The notes below the pieces were generated by a model. The model searched no databases. It had not been told where the DNA came from and worked only from the letters and a program-made list of their open reading frames with translations. From assembly GCA_049297675.1 (NCBI GenBank), contig JBAQUS010000017.1:7456-71455 (forward strand): DNA of 64,000 bases, in the 5' to 3' direction. The DNA is from Minisyncoccia bacterium. Lineage in GTDB: Bacteria; Patescibacteriota; Minisyncoccia; Phycocordibacterales; DATDWN01. The position numbers and the translations under genes were made by a program. Of this stretch, positions 63,175 to 64,000 are shown piece after piece (the stretch's first letter is position 1; the number at the start of each line of letters is the position of its first letter).

Positions 63175-63795
63175 TTACATTGGATCATTAGATAAGTTTA
63201 TTGTTTCGTCTAAGAAATCGTTACCGTCAAACAGTTCTTCAATAATTTGTCTATAAACAAGTATGAAATTCCTATCAGAAGTGTAGTCGATATAACTACT
63301 CCATTTATAATCATTAATATTACTTACAAGTCCATCTTTCAAGGGATTTGTGTGAATGTAGGCAGAAGTCCACATCAATTGTTCGTTTGAATTTATAACT
63401 TTAGACTTGAACTGATCTTGAAATAGATGACCAACTCTTTTATATTTTCTATTAATGTACATTGCATAACTTGTACAAAGTTTTAATATTAAATTTGAAA
63501 TGGGAATATTTTTCGATTGCTCGATCAATAAATGAAAATGATTTGGCATTAGACAAAAAGAGTGTAATTTAAATGCATTTTTTCCTAGCCCTTCTATCCT
63601 AATTCTGGAGTGAGGGAGATTGGTCAGTACATTTTTGTTTAATTCGGCTTCCTCAAACCCCAAAATTAGGCCTAGTCTAAATAAAAATGCCCTGTAATCC
63701 TGCTGGTCAAAGAATATTTTTTCTTTATTGTTACCCCTATTGTAGGCATGGAAGATTGAACCATCACCAACATCTTTGTAATCTCTTAGTTTCAT
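63175..63795 (-). CDS. REP-associated tyrosine transposase (RAYT), copy 3
   Basis: FHAYNRG, FCLMPNHFHLL and YIHTNPLK motifs. Confidence 0.8.
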   Translation of the reverse strand: MKLRDYKDVGDGSIFHAYNRGNNKEKIFFDQQDYRAFLFRLGLILGFEEAELNKNVLTNLPHSRIRIEGLGKNAFKLHSFCLMPNHFHLLIEQSKNIPISNLILKLCTSYAMYINRKYKRVGHLFQDQFKSKVINSNEQLMWTSAYIHTNPLKDGLVSNINDYKWSSYIDYTSDRNFILVYRQIIEELFDGNDFLDETINLSNDPM

Positions 63796-63826
63796 AGCCC
63801 ATTATAATCTAGGATTGTTAATGTAA

Positions 63827-63848
63827 TGTCAAGGGTGCCCCTTGGCAA
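63827..63848. repeat. REP family 3 palindrome TGTCAAGGG-TGC-CCCTTGGCAA (one G-T mismatch in the stem)
   Basis: ~30 nt upstream of the RAYT-3 start. Confidence 0.75.
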
Positions 63849-63902
63849 CCACTTAATTTGGGGGGGAGATTTTTTTGGTCGAAATTAATTTCATGCTATC
63901 CT

Positions 63903-64000
63903 ATGGGAATGTCAAAGGTTGCATTTCAAAGGGTACTTGAGAAAATATACAAATCACTAAACAAGGAGCAGAAAAGGGCTGTCGATACTATAGAAGGTCC
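63903..64000 (+). CDS. UvrD/PcrA/Rep-family helicase, N-terminal fragment (continues beyond window)
   Basis: Translation M(G)MSKVAFQRVLEKIYKSLNKEQKRAVDTIEGP carries the LNxEQxxAV...GP N-terminal helicase signature. The ORF is too short to appear in the six-frame track. Confidence 0.5.
   Translation, partial: MGMSKVAFQRVLEKIYKSLNKEQKRAVDTIEG

Larger units (their letters stand above)
62988..63848 (-). mobile_element. RAYT-REP unit 3: Y1 transposase gene (minus strand) with three REP family 3 palindromes
   Basis: Core GCCAAGGG-NNN-CCCTTGGC occurs on both sides of the gene and in both loop orientations. Confidence 0.75.

Noticed and set aside
1-64000. CRISPR arrays, rRNA genes, additional tRNAs
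   Set aside because: I saw no regularly spaced direct repeats with unique spacers, no rRNA-like conserved blocks, and only one cloverleaf (tRNA-Thr). I ran no computational scan, so short or degenerate instances could have been missed.

Overview
This 64-kb window appears to come from a low-GC, reduced-genome bacterium. I think it is a Patescibacteria/CPR-like lineage, but that is an inference from gene content and composition. The backbone carries housekeeping genes. These include a pentose-phosphate and glycolysis cluster (gap, rpiB, an rpe-like gene, a split transketolase, a PfkB-family kinase, a class II aldolase) and ribosomal proteins L25, L31, S2, L32 and S16. It also carries prfA/prmC, tsf, one tRNA-Thr(UGU), gyrB, a minimal thrS, dnaE, rnhB, a NusB-Nudix fusion, rnc, an SMC-like ATPase, RNase R, trmD, a Pif1/RecD-like helicase, lexA, and the rpoB-rpoC-dnaG-rpoD block. 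Most backbone genes have no Shine-Dalgarno sequence and often sit only a few nucleotides downstream of a -10-like element. Four things stand out on top of this backbone. First, there are three divergent RAYT-type (IS200-like Y1) transposase genes, and each is flanked by its own distinct palindromic REP family; one REP family has a dispersed copy 34 kb away inside the rpsP-trmD operon. Second, about a dozen small GC-elevated cassettes each carry a strong GGAGG-type ribosome-binding site, often a near-consensus sigma70 promoter, and a GC-rich hairpin terminator. They encode a two-gene 79-aa operon, a roughly 216-aa protein behind a palindromic operator, several zinc-ribbon and micro-membrane proteins, a Nudix protein and a lipoprotein. 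They look horizontally acquired or otherwise foreign to the backbone. Third, there are several structured non-coding repeat families: phased CGAAT arrays, paired CCCGTTAGAG inverted repeats at the gap and smc starts, a 48-bp perfect palindrome, and a 214-bp nested inverted-repeat element. Fourth, there is a DUF4258/DUF2283 toxin-antitoxin-like pair and a RhuM-Doc/Fic protein. I found no rRNA genes and no CRISPR arrays. All functional calls are from motif recognition by eye. GC contents are visual estimates, and I ran no searches.
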